Positions 50,901-61,713 of a DNA stretch of 64,000 nt are shown here, piece by piece. The notes under the pieces are model-generated. The model did no database searches and had not been told where the DNA came from. It saw only the letters and a list, made by a program, of their open reading frames with translations. Each line of letters begins with the position of its first letter. Within the stretch, counting starts at the first letter, position 1. Made by a program: the position numbers and the translations under genes. The DNA comes from Azolla caroliniana (Eukaryota; Plantae; Polypodiophyta), in NCBI GenBank assembly GCA_043228905.1, contig JBHGNT010000005.1:23064001-23128000 (forward strand). Direction: 5' to 3'.

Positions 50901-53285
50901 CCCGATCCCGAAATGGATTCGGATGAAGAGGAAACGGAGGAGCCGGTTACCGAAGCTCCGGAACGGAGATATCCTCTAAGAGAGAGAAGGGCCCCCCGGA
51001 GATTTCCGGAACCAGAGCACGTGCTGCTAACCGACGAGGGGGAGCCGGAGAGTCTTGAAGAAGCAAAGCTTGACACCCATAGCCGCAGGTGGTTAAGTGC
51101 CATGCAGGAGGAGATGGATTCCCTGCATGAGAACCACACATATGAACTTGTGGAGTTGCCGAAAGGAAAGCGGGCACTTCGAAACAAGTGGGTGTTCAAG
51201 CTGAAACTGGGAGATGCCGGAAACCCCGCGAGATACAAAGCCAGGATCGTGGTGAAGGGGTTCCAGCAGAAGAAGGGTGTCGACTTCGACGAGATATTTG
51301 CCCCGGTAGTGAAGATGACCTCCATCCGGACGGTGCTGAGCATAGCGGCAAGCATGGACCTCGAGGTAGAACAGATGGACGTGAAGACGGCATTCCTTCA
51401 CGGTGACCTCGAAGAAGAGATCTACATGCAGCAACCGGAAGGATTCGAGAAGAAAGGGAAGGAGCACCTGGTATGCCGGTTGAAGAAGAGCCTTTACGGA
51501 CTGAAGCAGGCTCCCCGGCAGTGGTACCGGAAGTTCGACTCCTTCATGACCGACGAAGGGTACCACAAAACGCAGTCCGATCACTGCGTGTTTGTGAAGA
51601 AGTTCGAAGGAGGAGACTTTCTAATACTCCTCCTGTACGTGGACGACATGTTGATCGTCGGACGGGACCAGGTCAAGATACGGATGCTGAAGAAGGCTCT
51701 TCACCGAACCTTCTCAATGAAGGACCTGGGTCCGGCGAGGCAAATACTAGGCATGCACATCATCCGGGACCGGAAGAAGAAGCAGTTGTGGCTGTCACAG
51801 GAGAAGTACGTGACAAAGGTGCTTCACCGGTTCAACATGTCGGAAGCAAGACCGGTCGGGTCGACCCTCCCGGCAAACTGCAAGTTATCAGGCAAGCAAA
51901 GTCCCAAGACAAAAGTTGAAAAGGAGGATATGATGAAGATACCATATGCCTCTGCCGTCGGGAGCTTGATGTACGCAATGGTGTGTACCCGACCGGAGAT
52001 TGGATACGCAGTCGGAGTGGTGAGTCGGTATATGAGTAATCCCGGCAAGGAGCACTGGAACGCGGTCAAATGGATACTCCGATACTTAAAGGGCACTTCG
52101 AACATGTGCCTCCGATTCGGCTCCGGTAAGCCCGAACTCGATGGATTTACCGATTCGGACATGTCGGCTGATGCGGATACCAGCCGGTCCACATCAGGGT
52201 ATGTGATGACGTATGCAGGGGGAGCTGTTTCGTGGCAGTCGAGGCTGCAGAAAACGGTTGCGTTGTCAACCACGGAGGCGGAGTACATGGCGGCTGTTGA
52301 AGCCGGCAAGGAAATGATATGGATGAAGGACTTCATTAGAGAGCTCGGTATCCGGCAGGAGGAGTACCGACTCTACTGCGACAGTCAGAGTGCCATCCAC
52401 CTTGCGAAGAACGCAGCCTATCACTCCCGGACGAAGCACATCCAGCGAAGATATCACTGGATCCGGGAAAGGATAGAAGACCAGGAGTTCGTGCTGACGA
52501 AGATCCACACGGACGAGAACGGGTCAGACATGCTGACCAAAGTGCTCACACCCGACAAGCTGGAAGCATGCCGGAAGAGGGTCGGACTGGAAAGACATCC
52601 CATGCCGAAGTGAAGGGGGAGTTTGTTGGGATTTTCGGTCCCTCCGGATGGGATGTCCGGAGATGAATGACGGCAGGCCTGGTTGCGGTTACGGAACCGG
52701 AGGATGAAGAGTACCCGGTTACGGAGCCGGATGATGAAGACCCCGGCTACGGAGCCGGATGACGAAGACCCCGGCTACGGAGCCGGATGACGAAGACCCG
52801 GCTACGGAGCCGGATGATGAAGACCCCGGTTACGGAGCCGGATGACGAAGTACCCGGAGAGAGATCCGGATGCGGAGACTATATTTGTAAATAGCCCGAA
52901 AGTCATATGTGTATAAATATGACTTAGGGCAAACAGTTTAGTCGTTGTTGTTGCTCATTTTCTGTTTTCACTTAGAGAGAGTGAAGAGAGCAGCCGAGAG
53001 AGAGAGAGAGAGAGAGAGACGAAGAGGTCGTTGCCTCTGTGTATTACCGCCGCCTGTGGCGAAGACAGTGAGCTCAAGGTTGTTGCCTTGAAGCTTCACC
53101 ATTGTACATCTCTGTTCATAGTGATAGTTGGAGTTTGAGGACTCCCGTGGTTTTTTTCCCATTTAGGGTTTTCCACGTAAAATATCCTGTGTACTCTTCT
53201 CTCTATTGTCTCCGTGTACTTTGTATTTCCTATTTTCTGTGAGTTGATCCTATTCCTCGGTTGTGGCCGAGCACCGTGTGCAACA
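47933..53285 (+). mobile_element. Very young but defective Copia element
   Basis: 662-bp LTRs at 47933-48594 and 52624-53285 with one difference seen, TSD TATGC, Met-i PBS at 48597-48608, PPT GAAGGGGGAG. Stop at 49468 and an 85-bp integrase deletion at ~50310. Confidence 0.97.
47995..48165. repeat. Tandem repeat of about 28 bp in the Copia LTR U3 (also at 52686-52856 and in both LTRs of the sister element)
   Basis: gg(t/c)tacggagccggatga(t/c)gaagacccc, 5-6 copies. Confidence 0.9.
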
Positions 53286-54126
53286 TATGCGACTAGTTTC
53301 GTTGAGGCCTCCGAAATGATATCAAGACTCTTCTCTTAAACTTTCCAGAGCCCACACCATTGTCTTAGGTAATCTCCCAAGCTGTTCAATGTGATAATGG
53401 TCTTTTTTAGCTTCGACAAGAGGAACGGGGGACGCAAGGTTTTCCATCTTCCTCTCACAATGCTCCACTCACACGGCCATATATATCAATTTCGCCAAGC
53501 ACACCACGACTTCCTTCTTCCAATAGTGCTCATACCCCAATGGAGGTCGATCCCCGTACCCCAATGGAGATTGACCATGCTCGGTTCCAACCATTAACCG
53601 ATGCCTAACGGCAACAGCGACGTGACAATGGCCTCTGCCTCTATTGTGGTACCCCCGGCCATGTCATCCGCCACTGCCCGATGCGAAGCCCTCGTCATCA
53701 ATCCCACCGTGCACATCTTGCAGAGGTTTCTCGACAACAAGAAAACGAACGTGCACATCTTGCAGAGGTTTCTGGACAACAGGAAAACGAGCAAGTCCGG
53801 CTGCAGTAGGAGCCATGCTATTGGACACTTTCCGTCGCCCTAGTTCTTTGTGCACCTACAATTCAGTCACGCTAGCAGGAGGTTTTACTTTGCAAGTAAG
53901 TCTTTGTTTTGGGTCTATTTCAATAAAATCCCATGCCTTGCTCGATTCTGGTGCATCTACTTGTTTCATCGATATCGCGTTCGTCCGAGCACATAAAATC
54001 CCAACCGTTTGCACAACACAACCTCTAATCATCCTTACAAGAAACGATACTCCATTTCTTTGGACCTCTATGGCGCAACGTGCTTTTGATGCCCTCAAGG
54101 CAGCTTTTCTCACAGCCCCAGTGTTA

Positions 54127-57100
54127 ACAACCGAGAAATAGGATCAAATCACAGAAAACAGGAAATACGAAATGCTCCAAGACTACAGAGAGAAGAGTGC
54201 ACAGGATATTTTACGTGGAAAACCCTAAATGGGAAAAACCACGGGAGTCCTCAAACTCCAACTCACACTATACACAGAGATGTACAATGGTGAAGCTTCA
54301 AGGCAACAACCTTGAGCTCACTGTCTTCGCCACAGGCGGCGGCAATACACAGAGGCGTCGACCTCTTCCTTTCTCTCTCTCTCTCTCTCTCTCGGCTGCT
54401 CTCACTTCGCTCTCTCGGCTAGAACATAGAATGAGCAACAACAACAAACTGTTTGCCCTAAGTCATATTTATACACATATGACTTTTCGGGCTATTTACA
54501 AATATAGCCACAAGGGCCCTTGGCAAACATATTCACAAATATGTCCCCGCATCCGGATCTCTCTCCGGGTACATTCATCATCCGGCTCCGTGGCCGGGTC
54601 TTCTCTTTGTCATCCGGCTCCGTAGCCGGGGTCTTCATCATCTGGCTCCGTAGCCGGGGTCTACAGCATCCGGCTCCGTAACCGGGTACTCTTTATTCGG
54701 CTTCATGCCGGGTACTCTGATCCTACGGTTCCGTAACAGCCTCCAGGCTTGCCGTCATTCATCTCCGGACATCCCATCCGGAGGGACCGAAATCCCAACA
54801 AACTCCCCCTTCACTTCGGCATGGGATGTCTCTCCAACCCGATCCTCTTCCGGCATGCTTCCAGCTTGTCGGGTGTGAGCACCTTGGTCAGCATATCCGA
54901 CCCGTTCTCGTCCGTGTGGATCTTCGTCAACACGAACTCCTCGTCTTCTATCCTCTCCCGGATCCAGTGGTATCTTCGCTGGATGTGTTTCGTCCGGGAA
55001 TGGTAGGCCGCATTCTTCGCAAGGTGGATGGCACTCTGACTATCGCAATAGAGTCGGTACTCCTCCTGCCGGATACCGAGCTCTCTAATGAAGTCCTTCA
55101 TCCATATTATTTCCTTGCCGGCTTCAACAGCCGCCATGTACTCCGCCTCCGTGGTTGACAACGCAACCGTCTTCTGCAGCCTCGACTGCCACGAAACAGC
55201 TCCCCCTGCATACGTCATCACATACCCTGATGTGGACCGGCTGGTATCTGCATCAGCTGACATATCCGAATCGGTGAAGCCGTCGAGTTCGGGTTTACCG
55301 GAGCCGAATCGGAGGCACACGTTTGCCGTGCCCTTCAGGTATCGGAGTATCCACTTGGCCGCGTTCCAATGCTCTTTACCGGGATTGCTCATGTACCGGC
55401 TCACCACTCCGACTGCGTATCCAATGTCCGGTCTTGTACACACCATTGCGTACATCAAGCTTCCGACGGCAGAGGCATATGGTACTTTCATCATATCCTC
55501 CTTTTCAGCCTTTGTCTTGGGACTTTGCTTGCTGGACAGCTTGCAGTTTGCCGGGAGGGTCGATCCGACCGGTCTTGCTTCCGACATGTTGAACCGTTGA
55601 AGCACCTTTGTCACATACTTCTCCTGTGACAGCCACAACTGCTTCTTCTTCCGGTCCCGGATGATGTGCATCCCCAGTATTTGCCTTGCCGGACCCAGGT
55701 CCTTCATGGAGAAGGTTCGGTGAAGAGCTTTCTTCAGCATCCGTATCTTGACCTGGTCCCGTCCGACGATCAACATGTCGTCCACGTACAGGAGGAGTAT
55801 TAGAAAGTCTCCTCCTTCAAACTTCTTCACAAACACGCAGTGATCGGACTGCGTTTTGTGGTACCCTTCGTCTGTCATGAAGGAGTCGAACTTCCGGTAC
55901 CATTGCCGGGGAGCCTGCTTCAGACCGTAAAGGCTCTTCTTCAACCGGCATACCAGGTGCTCCTTCCCTTTCTTCTCGAATCCTTCCGGTTGCTGCATGT
56001 AGATCTCTTCTTCGAGGTCACCGTGAAGGAATGCCGTCTTCACGTCCATCTGTTCTATCTCGAGGTCCATGCTTGCCGCTATGCTCAGCACCGTCCGGAT
56101 GGAGGTCATCTTCACTACCGGGGCAAATATCTCGTCGAAGTCGACGCCCTTCTTCTGCTGAAACCCCTTCACCACGATCCTGGCTTTGTATCTCGGGGGG
56201 TTTCCGGCATCTCCCGGTTTCAGTTTGAACACCCACTTGTTACGGAGTGCCCGTTTTCCTTTCGGCAGCTCCACCAGTTCATATGTGTGGTTCTCATGCA
56301 GGGAATCCATCTCGTCCTGCATGGCACTCAACCACCTGCGGCTCTGGGTGTCATGCTTTGCTTCTTCAAAGCTCTCCGGCTCCCCCTCGTCGGTTAGCAG
56401 CACGTGCTCTGGTTCCGGAAATCTCCGGGGGGCCCTTCTCTCCCTTAGAGGATATCTCCGTTCGGGAGCTTCGGTAACCGGTTCTTCCGATTCTTCTTCA
56501 TCCGAATCCATTTCGGGATCGGGGCCGGTTCCGGTATCATTTTCATCTTCTTCGGCCGGTTCTGTTTCTTCACCGTCTTCGGCCGGATCCTCGAGTGCTA
56601 ACCGGTCCCTTGCCGGTCGGGACTGCTCCTCGTAGAGTTGATCCTCACCGGTCGACTTGGAGCTCTTCATCTCCTTCTCCGACTCCCAGTCGGCGAGTGT
56701 CTTGTTCTCCATGAAGATGATATCTCGACTCCTGAATATCTTCTTGTCGACCGGGTCCCATACTCGGTAGCCGAACTCGTCGTCGCCGTAACCGAGGAAT
56801 ATGCATGGCCGGGTCTTTGGATCTAGCTTTCCTCTCCGGTCCTTTGCCACATGCACGTATGCGAGACACCCGAACACCTTCAGATGCCGGTAGGACACTT
56901 CCTTACCGGTCCACACTTTCTGCGGCGTGTCTCCGTCCAAAGGTACTGAGGGTGATCTATTTATCACATACGTCGCCGTCGACATTGCCTCAGCCCAAAA
57001 CCCCTTGGGTAATTTCGCATGCGCCAGCATACTCCGGACCCTCTCCATTATGGTCCGGTTCATCCTCTCGGCCAGCCCGTTCAGTTCCGGCGTCTTCGGC

Positions 57101-59607
57101 ACAGTAAACTCGAGCCGGATTCCCTTCGAGCGACAGTACTCCGCGAACTGCCCCCGGTATTCTCCTCCGTTATCCGCTCGTATCGCTTTCAGCTCCTTGC
57201 CGGATTCTCTTTCCACTCTCGCGTGGAGTTCTTTGAAGACGGACAACACTTGGTCCTTTGTCTTCATCGGTGCCGTCCACAGTCTTCGGCTATGATCATC
57301 TATGAATGTTACGAAGTACTGGGCTCCGCCATGTGACTTCGTTTCTACCTGACACACATCAGTGTGCACCAACTCCAATGGTGCGCTACGTCTCGTCGGT
57401 GGCCTTGAGTGGAAGGAGGTTCGGTTCTGCTTACCGGCCAGGCAATCGGTGCACTTCTCCAGGTGCACATGCTTCACTGGAATAAGGTTGTCTTCTGCAA
57501 GCCTCTTCATCCCCTTCTCACTCATGTGGCACAGTCTCTTGTGCCACAGCTCACCGGCAGTGTCGGCTGCCACGTTCAACTCTTCCGGACACAACTGGGC
57601 ATTCATCAGGTACAGTGTGTTGACTTTCCGGGCCCGAGCCACTATCAGGCTCCCCTTGCTGAACTTCATGACACCGTTCCGGATGCTACCCGTGTAGCCT
57701 TCATCGTCTAGCCTCCCGGCCGAAATCAGGTTCAATCGAACCTCCGGAACGTGTCGCACATCCTTCAGCAGCATCTTGCATCCGGTTGATGTCATCAGCC
57801 ACACGTCTCCTATGCCGGCAATCCGGCATGTGCCTTCATTTCCCATCCGGACACAACCGTGCTCACCGACTGTGTAGGATGAGAAGTATTTCTTCTCCGG
57901 GGTCAGGTGGAACGACGCTCCGGAATCGACCACCCAGGTCATCTCTACACCGGCAAGGTTCAGCTCCCTCTCTTCGGTAATGAGCATTATCTCTTCTTCA
58001 CTTGCCGCGAGTGCTGTCGTTCCTTTCCGGTCCTGCCCTCGCCAATCCGGACCTCTCCGGTCCGTGGCTCCCCGGTATGCACCGTTTCTCTCCGGTGACT
58101 TCTTCGAATCGGTGTCGTAGGCTCCGTTGTCCTTTCGGTAATGCCGACAATTCTTCCGGAAGTGCCCCGGCTTCCCACAGTGGAAGCATGTGGGTCTTCC
58201 TCTTGACTGCGACCGGGTCCCCGACTTCTCCCGTCTTTGCGGACTCCGGTTCCATTGTCTTCCCCGTTCCGATTCGGTAAGCAGCGCCTTCGAGTCGGAG
58301 ACCGGTTCTTTATCTCTCCGACGCGCTTCTTCGTTCAAAATACTTGTCTTTACCGTTTGTAAGGACAAGTTATCTTCGGTGCAGGAGGTGCTGAGAGTCA
58401 CCACCAAGTTCTCCCAGCTGTCCGGCAATGTACACATCAGGATGATGGCTTGCATTGCATCCTCCAACGGGAACTTGATCGCCGCAAGCTGGTTCACGAA
58501 TCCCATGAACGTGCTTACGTGTTCCACCATACTCTCGCCGTCCCGGTACTTGAGGTTCACTATCTTTCTCATCAGGGAGGTCCGGTTCAACGCATTCTTC
58601 CTCTCGTAGAGGCCCGACAGCTTCCTCCACATCTCATATGCGTTGGTGTCGTTCGCCACGTGTTGTAGAACGCTTACATCGACGTATTGCCGAATGGTTG
58701 CAACGGCTTTCCGGTTCAGAAGCCTCCATTCCGTCTCAAGTACCCCCTTCGGTATTTCCGACCTGTCAATCGGTTCGTACAGGTCCCGAACAATCAAAAG
58801 ATCCTCCATCTTGATCTTCCAGTCGGCGTAGTTCTGCGCATTCAGCACCATCATTCCCGGCTGCCCGCTGCTGCCGCCTTCCATTTTCTGTGTTACCGTG
58901 CTCTGATACCACTTTGTCAAACACCGCTCTCGGCCACAACCGAGAAATAGGATCAAATCACAGAAAACAGGAAATACGAAATGCTCCAAGACTACAGAGA
59001 GAAGAGTGCACAGGATATTTTACGTGGAAAACCCTAAATGGGAAAAACCACGGGAGTCCTCAAACTCCAACTCACACTATACACAGAGATGTACAATGGT
59101 GAAGCTTCAAGGCAACAACCTTGAGCTCACTGTCTTCGCCACAGGCGGCGGCAATACACAGAGGCGTCGACCTCTTCCTTTCTCTCTCTCTCTCTCTCTC
59201 GGCTGCTCTCACTTCGCTCTCTCGGCTAGAACATAGAATGAGCAACAACAACAAACTGTTTGCCCTAAGTCATATTTATACACATATGACTTTTCGGGCT
59301 ATTTACAAATATAGCCACAAGGGCCCTTGGCAAACATATTCACAAATATGTCCCCGCATCCGGATCTCTCTCCGGGTACATTCATCATCCGGCTCCGTGG
59401 CCGGGTCTTCTCTTTGTCATCCGGCTCCGTAGCCGGGGTCTTCATCATCTGGCTCCGTAGCCGGGGTCTACAGCATCCGGCTCCGTAACCGGGTACTCTT
59501 TATTCGGCTTCATGCCGGGTACTCTGATCCTACGGTTCCGTAACAGCCTCCGGGCTTGCCGTCATTCATCTCCGGACATCCCATCCGGAGGGACCGAAAT
59601 CCCAACA
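54127..59607 (-). mobile_element. Young Copia element, sister of 47933-53285; the outer ~20 bp of its 3' LTR are missing
   Basis: LTRs at 58915-59607 and ~54127-54800, Met-i PBS at 58900-58911, PPT at 54803-54812. Confidence 0.95.
54811..58884 (-). CDS. Intact Copia Gag-Pol polyprotein (1357 aa from MEGGSSGQ)
   Basis: CCHC knuckle, WVVDSGAS, LWHKRLCH, VHTDVC/RADNGGEY/NGLAE, YVDD, TDSD..RTKHI; no stops. Confidence 0.95.
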   Translation of the reverse strand: MEGGSSGQPGMMVLNAQNYADWKIKMEDLLIVRDLYEPIDRSEIPKGVLETEWRLLNRKAVATIRQYVDVSVLQHVANDTNAYEMWRKLSGLYERKNALNRTSLMRKIVNLKYRDGESMVEHVSTFMGFVNQLAAIKFPLEDAMQAIILMCTLPDSWENLVVTLSTSCTEDNLSLQTVKTSILNEEARRRDKEPVSDSKALLTESERGRQWNRSPQRREKSGTRSQSRGRPTCFHCGKPGHFRKNCRHYRKDNGAYDTDSKKSPERNGAYRGATDRRGPDWRGQDRKGTTALAASEEEIMLITEERELNLAGVEMTWVVDSGASFHLTPEKKYFSSYTVGEHGCVRMGNEGTCRIAGIGDVWLMTSTGCKMLLKDVRHVPEVRLNLISAGRLDDEGYTGSIRNGVMKFSKGSLIVARARKVNTLYLMNAQLCPEELNVAADTAGELWHKRLCHMSEKGMKRLAEDNLIPVKHVHLEKCTDCLAGKQNRTSFHSRPPTRRSAPLELVHTDVCQVETKSHGGAQYFVTFIDDHSRRLWTAPMKTKDQVLSVFKELHARVERESGKELKAIRADNGGEYRGQFAEYCRSKGIRLEFTVPKTPELNGLAERMNRTIMERVRSMLAHAKLPKGFWAEAMSTATYVINRSPSVPLDGDTPQKVWTGKEVSYRHLKVFGCLAYVHVAKDRRGKLDPKTRPCIFLGYGDDEFGYRVWDPVDKKIFRSRDIIFMENKTLADWESEKEMKSSKSTGEDQLYEEQSRPARDRLALEDPAEDGEETEPAEEDENDTGTGPDPEMDSDEEESEEPVTEAPERRYPLRERRAPRRFPEPEHVLLTDEGEPESFEEAKHDTQSRRWLSAMQDEMDSLHENHTYELVELPKGKRALRNKWVFKLKPGDAGNPPRYKARIVVKGFQQKKGVDFDEIFAPVVKMTSIRTVLSIAASMDLEIEQMDVKTAFLHGDLEEEIYMQQPEGFEKKGKEHLVCRLKKSLYGLKQAPRQWYRKFDSFMTDEGYHKTQSDHCVFVKKFEGGDFLILLLYVDDMLIVGRDQVKIRMLKKALHRTFSMKDLGPARQILGMHIIRDRKKKQLWLSQEKYVTKVLQRFNMSEARPVGSTLPANCKLSSKQSPKTKAEKEDMMKVPYASAVGSLMYAMVCTRPDIGYAVGVVSRYMSNPGKEHWNAAKWILRYLKGTANVCLRFGSGKPELDGFTDSDMSADADTSRSTSGYVMTYAGGAVSWQSRLQKTVALSTTEAEYMAAVEAGKEIIWMKDFIRELGIRQEEYRLYCDSQSAIHLAKNAAYHSRTKHIQRRYHWIRERIEDEEFVLTKIHTDENGSDMLTKVLTPDKLEACRKRIGLERHPMPK

Positions 59608-61243
59608 GGTTCACCCCGACCCCACAAGGCCCTTCCAAGTCGAAACCGATGCCTTCGACTTTGCCATTGGAATTGTCCTATCCCAACCAAACAACAAGGG
59701 CACACTACGTCCTGTTGCCTTCTACTCTCGAAAGTTTACCGCCCCGGAAATCAATTATCCAATCTACGACAAGGAGTTGGCAACAATCATATCTGCCTTC
59801 ACCGAATGGTGGCCCTATTTGGCTGGGGCCCAACATCGCATCTAGGTGCTGACTGACCACAAAAATCTAATTTACTTCACCACCAGTCGTACATTGAATC
59901 AGAGGCAAGCCCGAGGGTCATCTTTTCTCGCCGACTACAACTTTGAGATCTTGTTTCGACCCGGAGTTCAACATGGGAAAGCTTATGCCCTCTCTCGGCG
60001 ACCTGATTTTGCAGTGCGCCCAAGAGATGATGCATATTCACAACAATCCCATTGTTTGTTGCGGCCCGATCAACTTCAGATGTTCGCCACCTGCATGTTA
60101 CATGATGATTCTTTGCTCAACGAGATCGCCACGGCAACCATGTCAGACCCATTCGCCAAAGAAATCATGGGCCGCATTACCCATCTCCAGACATGAAAAG
60201 CTCATATCTCAACCAATTTACAACCCAAGATGGGTTACTATATCATAATCATCTCTTGTACGTTCCTAAAGGATCATGTCGTACATGGATTCTACAAAAT
60301 TGTCATGATGATCCTCTTGTCGGCCACTTTGGGGTTATGAAAACCCTAGAATTGCTATCTCAAGGGTTTTGGTGGCCCCAACCTTGGAAATTTTTCAAGG
60401 AATTTATCAAGACATGTGATGTATGTGCTCGGTCCAAAACACCTCACCATCAACCATATGGTCTTCTCCACCCGCTCCCCATTCCACGTCGACCATGGGT
60501 CTCTCTATCCATGGACTTTATCACCGACCTCCCTCTGCTAGGTGGACATGACACGGTGCTAGTCATTGTCGATCGGTTTTCAAAGATGGCTCACTTTGTT
60601 CCATGTTCCAAAACCATTTCCAGGGAAGAGACTACTGATCTTTTTCTTAAAAATGTTGTTCGATTACACGGCTTAGCCAAGGATGTCACCTCTGATCGAG
60701 GTTCTCAATTCATTTCCCACTTTTGGCGACGACTTTTACAAACATTCGAGACTTTTGTCAACTTGTCCTCAACATACCATCCTCAAACTAATGGACAAAC
60801 GGAGCGAGTCAACCAAATCCTCAAACAATACCTTCGGTGTACCGTGAGCTACCAACAGGAGGATTGGGTGGACTTCCTTGCAATAGCGGAATTTGCTTAC
60901 AATAATAGTCTCCATGCTTCGACTAAGGTTTCCCCCTTCTTTGCAAACTATGGATTTCACCCTCGTTTTAGCATTTCCATACCTGCAACTTCGGTCAATC
61001 CTTCAGTAGAGACGTGTGCCCGCGCTTTACACGATGTCCATCGTGACCTCTCCTTGGAGCTCAGTGTTGCTGGTGACCACTATAAAGATCAAGCGGACCA
61101 ACATCGCTTAGCTGCACCGACGTTTGCAATTGGGGACATGGTTTGGCTGTTACTATTTTGAAGCTCTCGCAATGGCTGACAAAGGCTTTCATTTTCTAAT
61201 TGAAGTTGCTCCAAGGATGCCATTATTTGGTTTAACAAGAAGG

Positions 61244-61254
61244 AAGGTGAACAA
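61244..61254 (-). promoter_or_regulatory. Non-tRNA primer binding site (TTGTTCACCTT), complementary to the predicted transcript 5' end at 61438-61448
   Basis: Lies 2 nt inside the 5' LTR edge; perfect 11-nt complement of AAGGTGAACAA, which starts 32 nt after the first T of TATAAATA. Confidence 0.8.
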
Positions 61255-61353
61255 ACTGTCACGGACGTAGACGAGGGCAAGGACAAGTAGGCGAGCTCAA
61301 TATTAAGAAAGAGAGAAAGATAGATATATAGATAGAGAGGAGCAAAGACAAGT

Positions 61354-61394
<41 letters not shown>

Positions 61395-61642
61395 GACAAA
61401 AGAGCGAGAACTAAATTATATGCTTCCATAACTGGTGTTGTTCACCTTGATTGTAATCAAGGTGCACCGAAGTATTTATACAAGAATGTGTTGGTATGCA
61501 TGTAAGCTAGGAAACATCTAGAGAATGCATGGAAACTTCTAAAGAGTGCATGTCTATGCATTCTCTAGAAGTTTCTTGAAAGTTCTAGTGATTAACTTAC
61601 AATGTAATAAGTTGAAACTTATACAATACAATAATGCATAGA

Positions 61643-61713
61643 TGGAATGTAGCTCAATTGGTAAGGTTGCCCAATAAGACCAAGAGGTCATGGGTTCAAC
61701 CCCCTACATTCCA
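61643..61713 (+). ncRNA. tRNA-like cassette in the 5' LTR U3, antisense to the element
   Basis: TGGAATG-TA-GCTCAATTGGTAAGG..CCAATAA..AGGTC-ATGGGTTCAACCCCCTA-CATTCCA. Confidence 0.75.
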
